From contig NC_043006.1 of assembly GCF_006345805.1 (NCBI RefSeq), forward strand, positions 2,790,001 through 2,854,000: DNA of 64,000 bases, read 5' to 3'. This document shows, piece after piece, positions 51,001-64,000 of the stretch. The first letter of the stretch is position 1. Every line of letters starts with the position of its first letter. The DNA is from Octopus sinensis (Eukaryota). Made by a program: the position numbers and the translations under genes. The notes below the pieces were generated by a model. It had not been told where the DNA came from, did no database searches, and saw nothing but the letters and a program-made list of their open reading frames with translations.

Positions 51001-53390
51001 CCCCTCACATGCTAAATGCCATAATAATATTTAGTGGTTTGCTCATTACATACAAAATTGAAATGTTTCCACCGAATATACCAGTAATATATACTGGCCA
51101 AATTGATAATGTACATCTGGTACAAAAATTGTTTCTTTCTCAAATGAAATCAAAAGTCTATCTTTTCACTTTTAGATTAGTTTTTATTGTAATGAATTTT
51201 TCTTCAATTATTTGACCCTAAAGAATATGATTAATTACTGTATTGCTCATAAATATTTTGATGTGAAATTAGAAAGACAACCTCAACCTTAGCAGAGTTT
51301 CTACCTCAAAATCATCATCTACTGAAACGCTGACCTCAAATTATCTCTTGTGTTACTCCTCTGTGCTTTCTAATAACTCTGCTTCTATAATAATGTTGAT
51401 AATAATTTCTCATATTGAAATAAGATCATTGATTTAAAAGGCAAAGACACTGGTGATTCATACATCATTAATATTTATTTATTGACCTCAGAGGAAGGAA
51501 TGACAAAGTTGACTAAAACAAGATTTGAGTTTGTTAGAGGGGGGGGGGGGCGATATTAATGACTTTTGTAGACCTTTGCAGACTGATGATAACAGTAGGG
51601 TTGATGTTCAGCTGAAATGTCTACAGGAAATAACGTGGGTAGAGAGCAAATTGTAGAGCAAAGCTATTTTAAGAAGAAGGATTGGAACAAGGTATTTATG
51701 GCAGGATCTGGAGATTGAAGCAGCAGGAGTAACAAGAGGGGGCAGCAAGTATGTGTTGGACCCGCCTGGGTGGAGGGGACGTGTGATTTAGCCTATTCAG
51801 AAGGGTGGCTGCTGTTGTAGTAAATGTCTTGTTTTGTTTCTTACAAATATAAGGATCAGAATATTAGCTGTGGTAGGTACAGCTATGGTAGGTTGTGTGA
51901 TTGAGAATCGGGCTTTTAAACCATTTCAGATTCTGTCACATTGGGCATCACCTTTGGCTTGTCTCCTACCCTAGGCCTTTGTGAGTGAATTTGGTAGATG
52001 GAAACTGTATGAAGTCAACCGTGAATGTGTGTGCCTTGTATAAAAAGCACTGAGTCACAAGTAGGGAAGTTTTTCATTTTCTCTGTCAAATCATCCCCTA
52101 GCTCAGTGTTTTTGAAGATGTGTAAAAATAAGTGATTCCCTGAAAATTTACAAAAGTTAGTGACACGAAGAGCTTCCAGTTGCAAAGCAATGCAGCAATA
52201 ATATATGTATTTCTCTAACTCATGCTAGCATAGAAAAACAGACGTAAGAACAAATGGGAAAATATTCTATTGCTGATTGTCTTTAGATGCTGATGTGGTA
52301 GACAAGTTTTTATTTGAATGAGTAAAGCAGTTCTCAATTGAACTGATTCTGGTAAATTATGGACAGTTATTTTCATCAACCTGGGAGGATTGGAAAGCAA
52401 AGTTAGAACTGTAAAGAATGTGAACATTCTAATGACACATGAAACCTATTTATGTAAAACATTTAGCTTTCTGTTCTATTGTCTCAGCTATCTCTTTCAC
52501 TCTAAAATATTTTGTTACCTCGGTCTTTTAGGTGTGAAGACGAATGGGATTGTGTGATGTTGATACCTATCTCAAGAGAATTAGCAAAATAAATGAAGTG
52601 GGGACCATTGAGAATTGAAACTTGATTGTGGTATCGCTGCTGTAGAACAATCTAAGCTGTTTATTTATGTTTCATATGAAAAGGCCAATTATTTTCATCT
52701 GATATTAGGGTTATTGTAGCTTTGTTTTTCTTCCTTATTTCACCTAATCACATGCTGAAATAGGTTTCTAATTGTCAGTATAATAGCTTTTCAGAAGTGA
52801 CTCTGTTCTCGGGAACTGAATCACACACAGAGAACATGTTACATCTTGCTCTGACCATCAGTTTCTCATCAGATCTTCTTTTGTTTTGTTTGTTGTTTCA
52901 TATGGGAAACATATCTACCAGTTATGTCAACACACATGCACTCTCACTCATCTACACCAAGGGGAGGTCCACAATGTTTTTTCGAGGTGGAGCACACCAG
53001 TTACTTGATGTGTCTCAGTAGGCAGGATGTGCATATTCTTCAAATTGTTGTTTTCATTTTTGTTTATTGTATATTTTCTGTCTTCCCGCCCCCTCCCCCT
53101 CTTTTCTTTCATTACAACATACTGAACTGAAAACAGAGGTATCTTTCTGCTAATCTACTTTAAAAGCAGATCTGATGTGTTATTTTTATTGCTGTCTCTC
53201 GACTGGTATGAAGCATGGTGGCATGATAGACTAACAGCACATGCCTGTTTGAACTTCCTGCTAGCTTCCACTTCTCTCTCTTGTCTGGAGGCTGCAAGAA
53301 TCTGCTTTTTAATTACCAATCACCAATTACTTGGCTGTATGCAATTTTCTATATTTTACTGATATGCGTTGTGCATTTGCATATGATACT

Positions 53391-53495
53391 TGTGTGTGTG
53401 TGTGTGTGTGAGTGTGTGTGTGTGTGTGTGAGTGTGTGTGTGTGTGTGAGTGTGTGTGTGTGTGTGAGTGTATGTGTGTGTGTGAGTGTGTGTGT

Positions 53496-53526
<31 letters not shown>

Positions 53527-53653
53527 AGTGTATGTGTGTGGGTGTGGGTGTATGTGTGTGTGTGAGTGTGTGAGTGTGTGTGTGTGTGTGAGTGTATGTG
53601 TGTGTGTGAGTGTATGTGTGAGTGTGTGCGTGTGTGTGAGTGTGTGTGTGTGT
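53391..53653. repeat. (GT)n microsatellite with GA interruptions
   Basis: Seen directly. Confidence 0.95.
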
Positions 53654-54060
53654 TTACTTAGAGTGTTGCTGCCTTGTTGTAAAGCCACCTGATAACTGTT
53701 ATTGTGCTTGTTCACATATAAAGCCAATGCGATGTTTATCTTGAGCATTCACAGACCAGACCACGTTTCAGGGCAACGTCTGCTAGTTTTTAGTATCAGG
53801 AACCGTCGTCATCATCATTTAACATCCATGTTCCCTGCTGGCACACGGGTTAGATGGTTTGACAAGGATTCCAATAAGTCAAGGAGACCAGTAGGTTCAA
53901 CTCTCAGTTCAGCTGCAGGCAGCAGTTCTGTATCATTAAAAAGTTCACTCCACAACCATGTCAGTCCCATGTTTGGCCCTACACCATGACACTTTGAGTG
54001 AGTGCCTTCTGTTGTAGCCTTGGGTTGACCAATATCTTTGGAATTTGATGGATGGAAAGT

Positions 54061-54131
<71 letters not shown>

Positions 54132-56287
54132 TTCCTTGATTTATATCAGAATAGAATCTAGCTATCTTCAAGAAAAAAATAAATAAACAACACAGTGCTT
54201 TACCAATGTAGCTCCTTGCATTGAATTGGACACTCCCTATTTACTGTGAGAGTCAGATATGCAGTGAACCAGAGATTGGTTTGTTGGAAATCTGTATAGA
54301 ACAATGCTTATTGCTCACTAATTGTGGTATAAAGTAAATAAATAAATATATAAACAAATAAACCGAGGGAGAGAGAGAGTTGGTTGCAAAACAAATAGTG
54401 TGCTTTTCCTGGGTTGTGAACACCATCCTGGGGAGGGGAAAACAAACAGAAACAACAATAGTGAAGATGGTGGTCATGATGGCAGGCGGTGGCGCGGTGG
54501 TGGTAATTTGTAATTCTCACTTTCTCCTCCCCTAAATTTATTCACAGCTCAGTGATTTCTACTACTTTGTCAGCCATGTTGTTGATATTCATTACAGAAT
54601 AAATAGCCAATCTGCTGTCCTTGCAAGCAATCTAGGTCATGTAAACAATCAGTGTGCTGTAAATGGTTGCTGAAATTTATCAAGTGGATACTTTTCTTCA
54701 AACTTTTATGGTTTCTTACAAGAAAACATTGGTTTTAGTTTTGCTGCCTGATGCATTTTTCTCCATTACTTTTTTAGAAATTTTGTTCAAATGATTTCCA
54801 AGATGTACGATCCTTTCATTAAATTCTGTTTATATCTGTTTACTAATAAATACTAATATATACTTTTAATTCTCCAAACTTACATTTGTTTATTTTTTTT
54901 TATTCAGGTAAAGTTATCTTTTCAAGAATTCTGTTTTAATTTTGGATACAATAAGAACTGATGTCTCTTTATTATTTTCAAGTAAGTATGAATCAGATAA
55001 AAATATTAGTTATTTTTTGATAATTCCTGTTGTCATTTATGTTTATCATCACTGGGGAACTCTTAAAATTTATATCTATTTATTTCTAAAATTTCATCTA
55101 TTTTTAACCTGACAAAACCATCACAGTCACTAACTTGGCCTCTCGCCTGAGCATTTTGCTGAATTCCATTTAGTGGATAATTTGTTGTGCACACAATAAG
55201 ACATCACCTTCCTATTCTTTCTGCAACCTATGTTTATAATCACCATATATGTACATTGCTGTCGTCTATGGAAATTTTTTACTCTATGTTTGTATCTGAT
55301 ATTCTAGCCAAAATTCTTAAACAGTGTGCTCTTAAGATGGACTGTGATAATCAGCAAACTTTTAGTTTTTTTCCTCTCTTGGGTGTTTATTTTGACACTA
55401 GAGTACCTGAGCCGTCAGTAATGATGGAGATAATGTTAAAAAAAAGTTACTTGATGCAGATTGATAATTAGAGAATGAGGAAGTGAATTAAAAATGACCA
55501 AATAACAGGAAAATAAGAAAATTATATTCATCACTTTCAAAATACTATAGAAGCATGAAGAACAACATTTCTTGTGCAGACACGAAAAGGCACTAACACA
55601 CCTTGGCCTTCTGACTTTTCAGTCTGTAATTTCAAAGTGTTCCTAACCCTAGCCCAGATCAAGTCATTTCAAAGCATAGACTATAGATACTGCAGTTGAC
55701 CACATGCTAAAGTAGCACCAAAATTCCTCTCGACTTTTGTGATGCTGGGCGAATCATCTGAATTTATGAACATTCAAAACTTTATGAAACAATGAAGATA
55801 GCAGAATGAACTTCTGATAACAAAAAATAGAACAACTCCAGCAAGTCAATGGAAACCTTGTTTGAAAATTTAGAGAAAGAGATTTTTATTGGTCTTGGTG
55901 GAAAAAAATCAAATCAGACTTAAGTGTCAATGTTCTTATAGTATGGCAGCAACTTACCTCAAAAGAACTGTTCGGGCTTCGATAATAGTAAAGAAATCTC
56001 TTATCAGTGTTGCAATGCACTGCAAATCGCCAAAATTTATGAATATTAAGAGAATAGTTAAGAATTAAGAAAGCAGAATGAGCTTTCAACTACAAAAGAC
56101 AAACAGAGAAACTGTTGCAGTAGAAAAGTTGAAAGACTTTTGGAGGATTTAGAAAATTTCAAACCATTTCATTGAGCAGTTTGAGAGAAATGGCAAAAAT
56201 AAAATGGAATGGCACGAGTTTGTGTTGAATGATTTAGAAAGGAAACCTTATAAAGTGGAACAAATTCAATGGATTCAAGCACAAAAG

Positions 56288-56351
<64 letters not shown>

Positions 56352-56361
56352 ATTTTACTTG

Positions 56362-56926
56362 GGGCAAGTGAAATCGGAATCGAAATTGAACCAATCCTAT
56401 GATTGGCACCCGGAAGTTGCCAGGGCCGCTGGACTGACTCCTGTGCAGGTGGCAAGTAAAGAAACACCATTTCAACCCTGTGCTTGAGAAGATCCATTGA
56501 GTCAAGTACACCAACATCAAAAATCAATGGAAATTGTAGTTGTGATCCCTATGCTGGTGGCATGTAAAAAGCACCATCCGAACGTGGCCGATGCCAGCGC
56601 CGCCTTGACTGGCTTCCGTGCCAGTGGCACGTAAAAACCACCATCTGAACATGGCCAATGACAGCGCCGCCTTGACTGGCTTCCATGCCGGTGGCACGTA
56701 AACAGCACCAATCCGATCGTGGCTGTTGCCAACCTCACCTGGTACGTAAAAAGCACCCACTACACTTATGGAGTGGTTGGTGTTAGGAAGGGCATCCAGC
56801 TGTAGAAACACTGCCAGATCAGACTGGGGCCTGGTGCAGCCTTCTGGTTTCCTAGATCTCGGTCGAACCATCCAATCCATGCTAGCATGGAGAACGGACA
56901 TTAAACGAAGATGATGATGATGATGA
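56362..56926 (+). mobile_element. RTE LINE 3' UTR with five hairpin units and (GAT)n tail
   Basis: Colinear with 28555-28933 but with additional units. Confidence 0.88.
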
Positions 56927-58311
56927 TATATATATATATTGGTACGGAAACCTTTAACAATGTGGCCTGTTTTAGCCTAAAGTGCTCCTCTTGAAACATA
57001 TATGAGATAATGGAAATAATTGCAAATAATCATATTACTTTGAATCTTCCATTTCTCAGGGATCACCAGCATAGTTTCTATTGAGTTAGATCCCTTAGAA
57101 AATGCAATGGACTCTTCTCTTTTTTATTTTTTTTTTTGTAAACTTAGGTTTGATTAAAATTGTTTATCTTTGATGTCAATAAAAAAAAAAAACCTCGACT
57201 GTTTCTTGCATTAGAATCTGTTGGCAAACTCTCTTGTCTTTTGGCTCCACCCAACCCTAATAAGCTTGATCACAAGCTTCTATCAGATCCCTCCACCTCA
57301 GCATGTGTTGAAAAGACTGTCTTCAGCCTCAGGGCTGAAAATCTCATTAATTATTTTCCTTCTTGACACTAATGACCCATTCGCTGCCACCTCTAATCAC
57401 ATGAACACTTACATAGATGACACCCCACTTACACTTCTCTCTCCTTTTTGTAATCAGATATCTTCATGAAACATTAATTCCTCTTGGCAGATGTACGTAT
57501 TCTCTAAGAACAGAGACCTTAAAAATAACCTGCAACTGTGATATTACAACTTTGTTACTCAATAGCACAAATCACAGACATCGTAGCTTTTAGGAAAACT
57601 TACCTACTGCACTATACACTCAACTGGTTTTGAAAAACATAGCACCCAATTAAAACAGTTTTAACCAGTGTAAGAATAAGGGCTCATTATTCATTTCATG
57701 ACTCCTTAAGACACCTAAATACAATCTCCCCAAATTACCATGATTGGGGTTTCTTTTTCATGGTCAGGAAATACTTATGTCCTGATTGGTTACTGACAAG
57801 ATATATTGTAGAAGTTCACCTTTTTCCTGGAGTGAATTTCTTACATCGTGGGTGAATCTCTTGTTTCATTCTCTTACATTCTCGACCATGTTTATGGAAA
57901 ACACCATCTGTTTAATAGACAAACTATTATTCACCAACTCTCATCAGCCACTCCACCCATGCTCCTCTACTACTACCACAAATATCTCAGCTCCTTCAAA
58001 TTTGTTGATTGTATGTAACAAGCAAAATAAACCAACTCCCTTCACTCCATGTTATCTCCCACCACATCATACCCCAGACTCAATATTCTACCTTTTCAGA
58101 AATACATCCATCTGGAACACCCCTGCCACCTTGTTCCAAACACTCGTAACTGAGCATTAAGCAGTATCCAAACTCTCTTTTACCCCAGTGTAGCAAAGCC
58201 TAGGAAATCTATAGATATTGCCTCAACTCATTAGAATAAATGGTGTTTAAAGTAAAAAAATCTCTTTTCCAGTATTTTGTAATGTGTTATTTTTCTGGCT
58301 AAAAAAAAAGT

Positions 58312-58614
58312 AAAGACCTTTCCTCCTTTCGGTTATGAATGACCATGAGGTTGCACCTAGAAGGTTACTCTTCAATGCACAAGTCTGGTCAAGGCTGCAT
58401 ACCAGCTTCTGCTCTCGCTGCCACCGATGTTATTCAAGGGAAAGGCAGAGGCTGATAATGTTTGGCACCAGTGATGTCACAACTCATTTCTACAGCTGAG
58501 GGAACTGGAGCAACACGAAATAAAGTGTCTTGCTCAAGAACACAACACGCAGACTCGTCCAAGAATCGAACTCACAACCTCATGATTGTAAACCCGATGC
58601 TCTAACCATTGAGT
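58312..58614 (-). mobile_element. SINE family B
   Basis: Reverse complement colinear with 16814-17157. Confidence 0.82.
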
Positions 58615-58676
58615 AATTTTCTAACTTGTATCAATGTAACAGTTTATTGTTTCTATACTTGTTTCTATATTGTTTC

Positions 58677-58843
58677 TACACTCACGGAGTGGTTGGTGTC
58701 AGGAAGGGCATCCAGCTGTAGAAACATTGCCAGATAAGACCGGAGCCTGGTGCAGCCTTCTGGCTTCCCAGATCCCTGGTCGAACCGTCCAACCCATGCT
58801 AGCATGGAGAACGAACATTAAACGATGATGATGATGATGATGA
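58677..58843 (+). mobile_element. RTE LINE extreme 3' tail
   Basis: TACACTCACGGAGTGGTTGGTGTCAGGAAGGGCATCCAGC...CATTAAAC(GAT)n. Confidence 0.85.
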
Positions 58844-59460
58844 TAGAATTTCTATTTATGATATAAAATAAGAATCAAAGATGTCCATAAATAGAAAATA
58901 GTTGAGAACCTCTGATGCCGAGGCTTCGCTGGAGCAAACGAGAAACTGTGATGTGGAAATGAAGGCTTGGTTGACTAACAAATGGTTAGGTTAGTCTTGA
59001 TGGGGGACACTGAATCACCAGGTGTTAAAAGAAAGGTAGAAATGAAACCGTGTGCATCAATTTGTTTCATATTAATAATAGCCAATCTGATGTTGTATCT
59101 GTCCAGTTTTAATCCGTCTGTCCAGTGTAATAACTTGCACCTTGAAAATTTAATAGAAAAAATGAGTTTGTATGTGTGTGTGTGTGTGAGAGAGAGTGTG
59201 TGTGTTGAATCCCTGTTAATAGAGCTGTTCTTTTTGCTTGTGCTACCTCACTGCTTCTCCTCCTCCTCCTCCTCCCCCCCAATCACACACACCATCAGGT
59301 CTGTATCAGCTTCTTGAATGTCAAGTCACTTCAAAGTTGTTTTCAAGTTCCTGGTATCTAAACAGCAAATGCCTTCTTGGCACTCACTCCTGCATCGACT
59401 GTAATATTGCTGTTAATGCTTTCCAGGACCTATTTCATCATCATCATCATCCATCCATCC

Positions 59461-59466
59461 ATGTGC

Positions 59467-59511
<45 letters not shown>

Positions 59512-59513
59512 TA

Positions 59514-59590
<77 letters not shown>

Positions 59591-59692
59591 ATATATTTAT
59601 ATATGCACATATATATATATGCACACATATATATATATATTTATATATGCACATATATATATATGCACACATATATATATATACACACATAC
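59461..59692. repeat. (TA)n/(GCACATATA) microsatellite
   Basis: Seen directly. Confidence 0.93.
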
Positions 59693-59850
59693 AAACTTTT
59701 CTACAGGTTTATAGCATTTTGTATTATCAAATGTTTTATCATGGTTATAGTTTATATTAATTCACCTTTAGCTTAATTACTCATGCTTAATTACCTGCTC
59801 AGTTGTTTTAACCATTAGATCTAGGAATATATATATATATATATATTTAT

Positions 59851-60111
59851 ATTTGCGGTTTCAATTCCCAGACCGGACGTTGTGAGTGTTTATTGAGCGA
59901 AAACACGTAAAGGTCCACGAGGCTCCGGCAGGAGGTGGTGGCGATCCCTGCTGTACTCTTTCGCCACAACTTTCTCTCACTCTTTCTTCTGTTGGCCTGC
60001 TCGCTTAGCCAGCAGGGTGACATCATTTGAAGGCTAAAACAATGCGAAGCGCATTGTGACCAGCGGTATGTAGCAACATCTGATAGCCTGGTCGGTCACA
60101 TGATCATGTGA
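59851..60111 (+). mobile_element. Putative SINE family D, 5'-clipped, inside (TA)n
   Basis: B-box-like GGTTTCAATTCCCAGACCGG similar to family B heads, GC-rich body, TA tracts on both sides. Confidence 0.6.
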
Positions 60112-60626
60112 TATATATATATATATATTTACTGTGAAATATTATTATACTCTGAGAATGAAAATTATTTCAGGATTTACCAACTGATACAATGCAACTG
60201 GTGATTGTGATTTAAAAGTGATCTTTCTGTCAATGTTAAAATCCTTCGTGTGTTCTCTCTTGCCTTGTGTCTTACACCTTCTGCATAAAGTTTTATCCCT
60301 TTGCTTCCGTTGAAATACACTGTCTTTGTTTCAATTATTTTGGAAATAAAGAAAAAAATTCATCACAACTTGGTTATTCTGAAGCGAGTGCTTGGAACAT
60401 AAATTAGCATGGGGTTTTGGTGGAAGCTTTTAATTTGGATTAAATTTAAAGCAGAAAGTTTGTATCAGAGACTTCTGGATAGTCTCTGGTGGGTTGGTAT
60501 GACGGTGATTAACATGTTTTGTGCCCCTTCATGGTACCTATCACCTGCAGTGGGGATCATATTAAACTTCTTACTTCACATTTCATCTGTATCACACCAG
60601 TTATCCGTTGTGTTGTACTCCAATAT

Positions 60627-60967
60627 CTTTTACTTGTTTCAGCCATTAGACTGTGACCATGCTTGAGCATCACTTTGAGGAATTTTAGTTGAACTAATTG
60701 ACTCAAGTACTTATTGTCTTTTTAAGCCCAGTACATATTCTGTCCATCTCTTTTGCCAAACCATTAAATTACGGGGACATAAACACACCAACACAGGTTG
60801 TCAAGAGGCAGTGGGATACACACACACAATGGGCTTCTTTCAGTTTCGATCTGCCAAATCCTCTCAAAAGGTTTTGGCTGGGCCAAGGCTATGATAGAAG
60901 ACGCTTGCCCAAGCTGCCACACTGTGGGAGTGAACCCAGAACCATGTGGTTGGGAAGCAAACTTCTT
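60627..60967 (-). mobile_element. SINE family A, diverged
   Basis: Reverse complement colinear with family A from the B box to the tail. Confidence 0.8.
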
Positions 60968-62559
60968 AAGTTAATTTTGAGAAGTTTCAAGGTGAACCTT
61001 TGCATTGGGGAAACTTGAATTTATTAAATAGCTTCAGTTTTTGTTAATATTTTTAATATAGCTTCAGAAATTACTGACAAAATTGGCTTCAAAAAATGAA
61101 TGGATAACAACCATAAACATGTTTCTACTTTGCAACATCACTTCAACTTGTTGCTTATTGTTTATTGTTTGCGTTTCTATCTCTCTATCTCCATAGATAT
61201 AATCTCTTTGAACACTCATTATTGTTTCCGGGTATCAAGCTATAATTGTGAGTCACTGATACTGGAGAGTGTGGGTCTTTTTTTTATGACTCTTAAATAG
61301 TCCTTAACGAGATAACTGCAAGCGAAATGCAAAGTAATATTGCAGCTGCAAAGTGGACAGGAATCTGTTGATATTCCTCTTGAGTTTTCATTGTAGTTTT
61401 TTGTCTTAACATTGGTATTTCAGGAAGGCATGTTGCTCATTTCTCTTTCTTTTTTCCTTTCTCTCTTGCATGTCTATTCTCAATTGTTTAAATGATAAAC
61501 TTGAATTTGACAATTTTGTTGAGATTAAGTGTATTTCTAAAGCCTTGGTCTATCATGGTAACTCGAATTAATAACAGTCACAGAGATCGTGAATGTGTGT
61601 GTGTGTGTGTGTTATAATTAGATTTAACAAGACATGAAATGCAAAGAGGGATGATGGATCTTTGGCTGAAGCAAGTGTGTAGTTGGAATTAAAGGGAGAC
61701 AAAATATGCTGAAAACAATAACGAAAGAACTGAGGGTCCAGTGTATGCCGTTTGAAAGTGTGGCAACTGTTGCCGCTGTGAAGATATACAAGATGGAATA
61801 ATGAGCAAATTTTGTCAATTAATGATTGACTGTAGATGAGACTTTGTGTTGGGTTCAGTCTGAGTCGAGGGAACAACTCTTTTGCTTGTTTTTCAATAAT
61901 GACTTTGCACCAGATATTTTGGGAGTGGTTGACAGTTAATCCACGCTCAGTGATTGACTGATAACTGTTTTTCTCAATCATGGGGAATAAGTCAACCTTA
62001 GTAGGGTTTGAACTGAGTGCATCAAGGTACATATTTAAATTCTCACCAAACATTCAGTCTGCCGCCACTCTTCTAGTTCTGCCAACGTTTCCTAATAATT
62101 TGATCGTCTGTAACAATAGTTTTTATTGTTTGAACAACTCTTATATGCTGACAGGAATCTTTTGCTATGAATTGTCTTTGAAACTGAAGAGTTGAATAGT
62201 CAAAAGCATGTCTACAATTGCTTCTCTGTGTTGTAGAACTGTACAAGAATATCAAAGTCTTATAGAATCAGAGTTAGAGAAGTAGATTTGAAATTGCTGC
62301 TTTTTGGGTCTGATTTTACTCTAGTCTTGCATACTTGTTTACTATTATTACAAAGATTTTTCACAATATTGCAGAAAGATCACAGTTTTCTTTTCCAATA
62401 TATTTTGTGTATTGTTTCATGTTTTATGGTAACTCTTGTTATTGAGCGCTTGATTTCCATGTTATCTACACACAAGCATGGCTTTTGATAATATCACTTG
62501 CTGTATCTTAGGTCCCTAGTTGTAAACATTGGATAATGACTGAAAGAGTGCAGTTGTGA

Positions 62560-62940
62560 ATACAAGTGACCAAAAATGGGGTTCCTCTGAAGGTTTCTGG
62601 AGCAATGTTACTCAACAGGTTACATAACTCAGAGGTCAAGGAATCTCTGCAGGTCAAGTCACAACCTCTCCACATTGAGAGGTCATAGCTCTGGTACTAT
62701 GCAGACGTGATTAAAATGTTGTAGGAAAGAATCACAAGATGGATTCTACATGTTGAGCCAACCTGCAGAAGATCTTGGGGGAGACCAAGAACAGGATGGT
62801 TGGATAATATCCCTAGTTTCAGTTGGTCAAGCTTTGCAATCCCGCTGGAAAATGAAATGGCAGGACCATTTGGAAGAAATGCCTGAGGACTGTACTCCTG
62901 TGACTCTCCCGAGAATAGTGAAAAAGATGGGTGCCTGGAT
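62560..62940 (+). mobile_element. Degenerate RTE-type LINE 3' fragment (second family)
   Basis: GRPRTGWLDNI motif; homologous to the minus-strand segment at 19800-19890. Confidence 0.6.
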
Positions 62941-63394
62941 GACTGTATCTTTGGGTTGACACAAATCCAAGGCCAGCATTGTCACTTACATTAAAGACCT
63001 CTGTCTCGACCACTGCCAGAAAAATCTCAATCATTCTTAATGTTTGCTGGTCTTGAATCAAAACTTTGAGCTGTTATCTTTTCTTAAGAAATACAATATC
63101 ATAAATGCATACAGTAAAGTAGTGGGAATCAAAAGGATCATGGTTATAGACAGTTGGTTAGCTTCACAGCATGAACATGGTTTGTAGAGAGAACACAGAG
63201 TAGATGATGCTCAATGAATAATGAATAAAGTTTATCATTCAGCATATGCAATGCATTTTGCAGGATATTCAATTAGAAATTCCGATAAGACGACTGGCAC
63301 TACACAACTCCAGTAAATAGCATCAAAAGTTGCTAATTAGAAAACACTGATATCGTCATCATTTAATGTCCATTTTCCACACTGGTATGGGTTG

Positions 63395-63465
<71 letters not shown>

Positions 63466-64000
63466 AATCTGCATATATATATATATATCTGTGTGTGCAT
63501 TACATTAAGTAAGTTAATTTTCCACCGAGTCATAACACTTGACCTTAACCTACAAACTGCCAAAGGAGAAAGAGCCATTAGTTTGAAACACTATATTAAA
63601 CAATCCTAGTTTGCATTGGTTTAGGTTTTTCCGTTTCCATAAACAAATGCACAGTTTATAAATGTGGGAGATGCTAATTGACATGACTTTAATGCTTTCA
63701 TGATGAAATGTAAAGTCTACTTGCTATTGAAGACTATAATTCAGATATTTGATCCGACACTAGAACTTTGGTCTTTTCTCTCTGTCTTCACAACAGTTTC
63801 TCTCAAAACCTTTGATATTTCAGCAACTGGTGTTGTGGTGGTGCTATATAGCTACACCCACCAGTAGGTTTTAGCTATTCATTCATCTCAGCACTGCAGG
63901 CCTTTATCCTATGCTTGCTTTGGGAGCACTGTTAACTCTAAACTTGTAATTTGATAAGGGATATCTGCCATACAGTGGAACAAGCCCCTTTTTATTTTGA

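Noticed and set aside
52532-52620. Acceptor TCTTTTAG|G followed by a short ORF MGLCDVDTYLKRISKINEVGTIEN*
   Set aside because: 24 codons, no clear donor, no recognisable homology.
61568-62053. 161-aa minus-strand ORF
   Set aside because: Non-ATG start, overlaps a SINE remnant and a (CA)n run, no recognisable domain.

Overview
AT-rich, repeat-dominated eukaryotic DNA, intronic or intergenic. The 5S sequence, the SINE/LINE types and the huge (TA)n/(CA)n tracts suggest an animal, most likely an octopus or other coleoid cephalopod (inference from recall, not a search). I find no intact or recognisable cellular protein-coding gene; nearly all ORFs in the track are microsatellite translations or transposon debris. 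Supported content: (1) three CR1/L2-type LINE pieces at 10.1-15.9 kb, two of them the same family in inverted tail-to-tail orientation; (2) many 5'-truncated RTE LINE copies whose 3' UTR holds a variable array of small hairpin units; (3) at least four tRNA-headed SINE families, the commonest sharing its 3' tail with the CR1-type LINE; (4) a full-length decayed DD34D mariner, an internally deleted DD37D (maT) element, and piggyBac-, pogo/Tigger- and hAT-like MITEs; (5) one full-length 5S rRNA copy on the minus strand, probably a pseudogene, directly followed by a SINE head; (6) a few low-confidence candidate exons on the + strand (ending 3360; 20679-20852; 48730-48830). I do not see a convincing new multi-gene system. 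The best leads are the 5S-SINE tandem, the LINE/SINE shared tail, inverted repeat pairs that could form dsRNA, a templated insertion inside a LINE, and the RTE hairpin array. Identities and boundaries were judged by eye.
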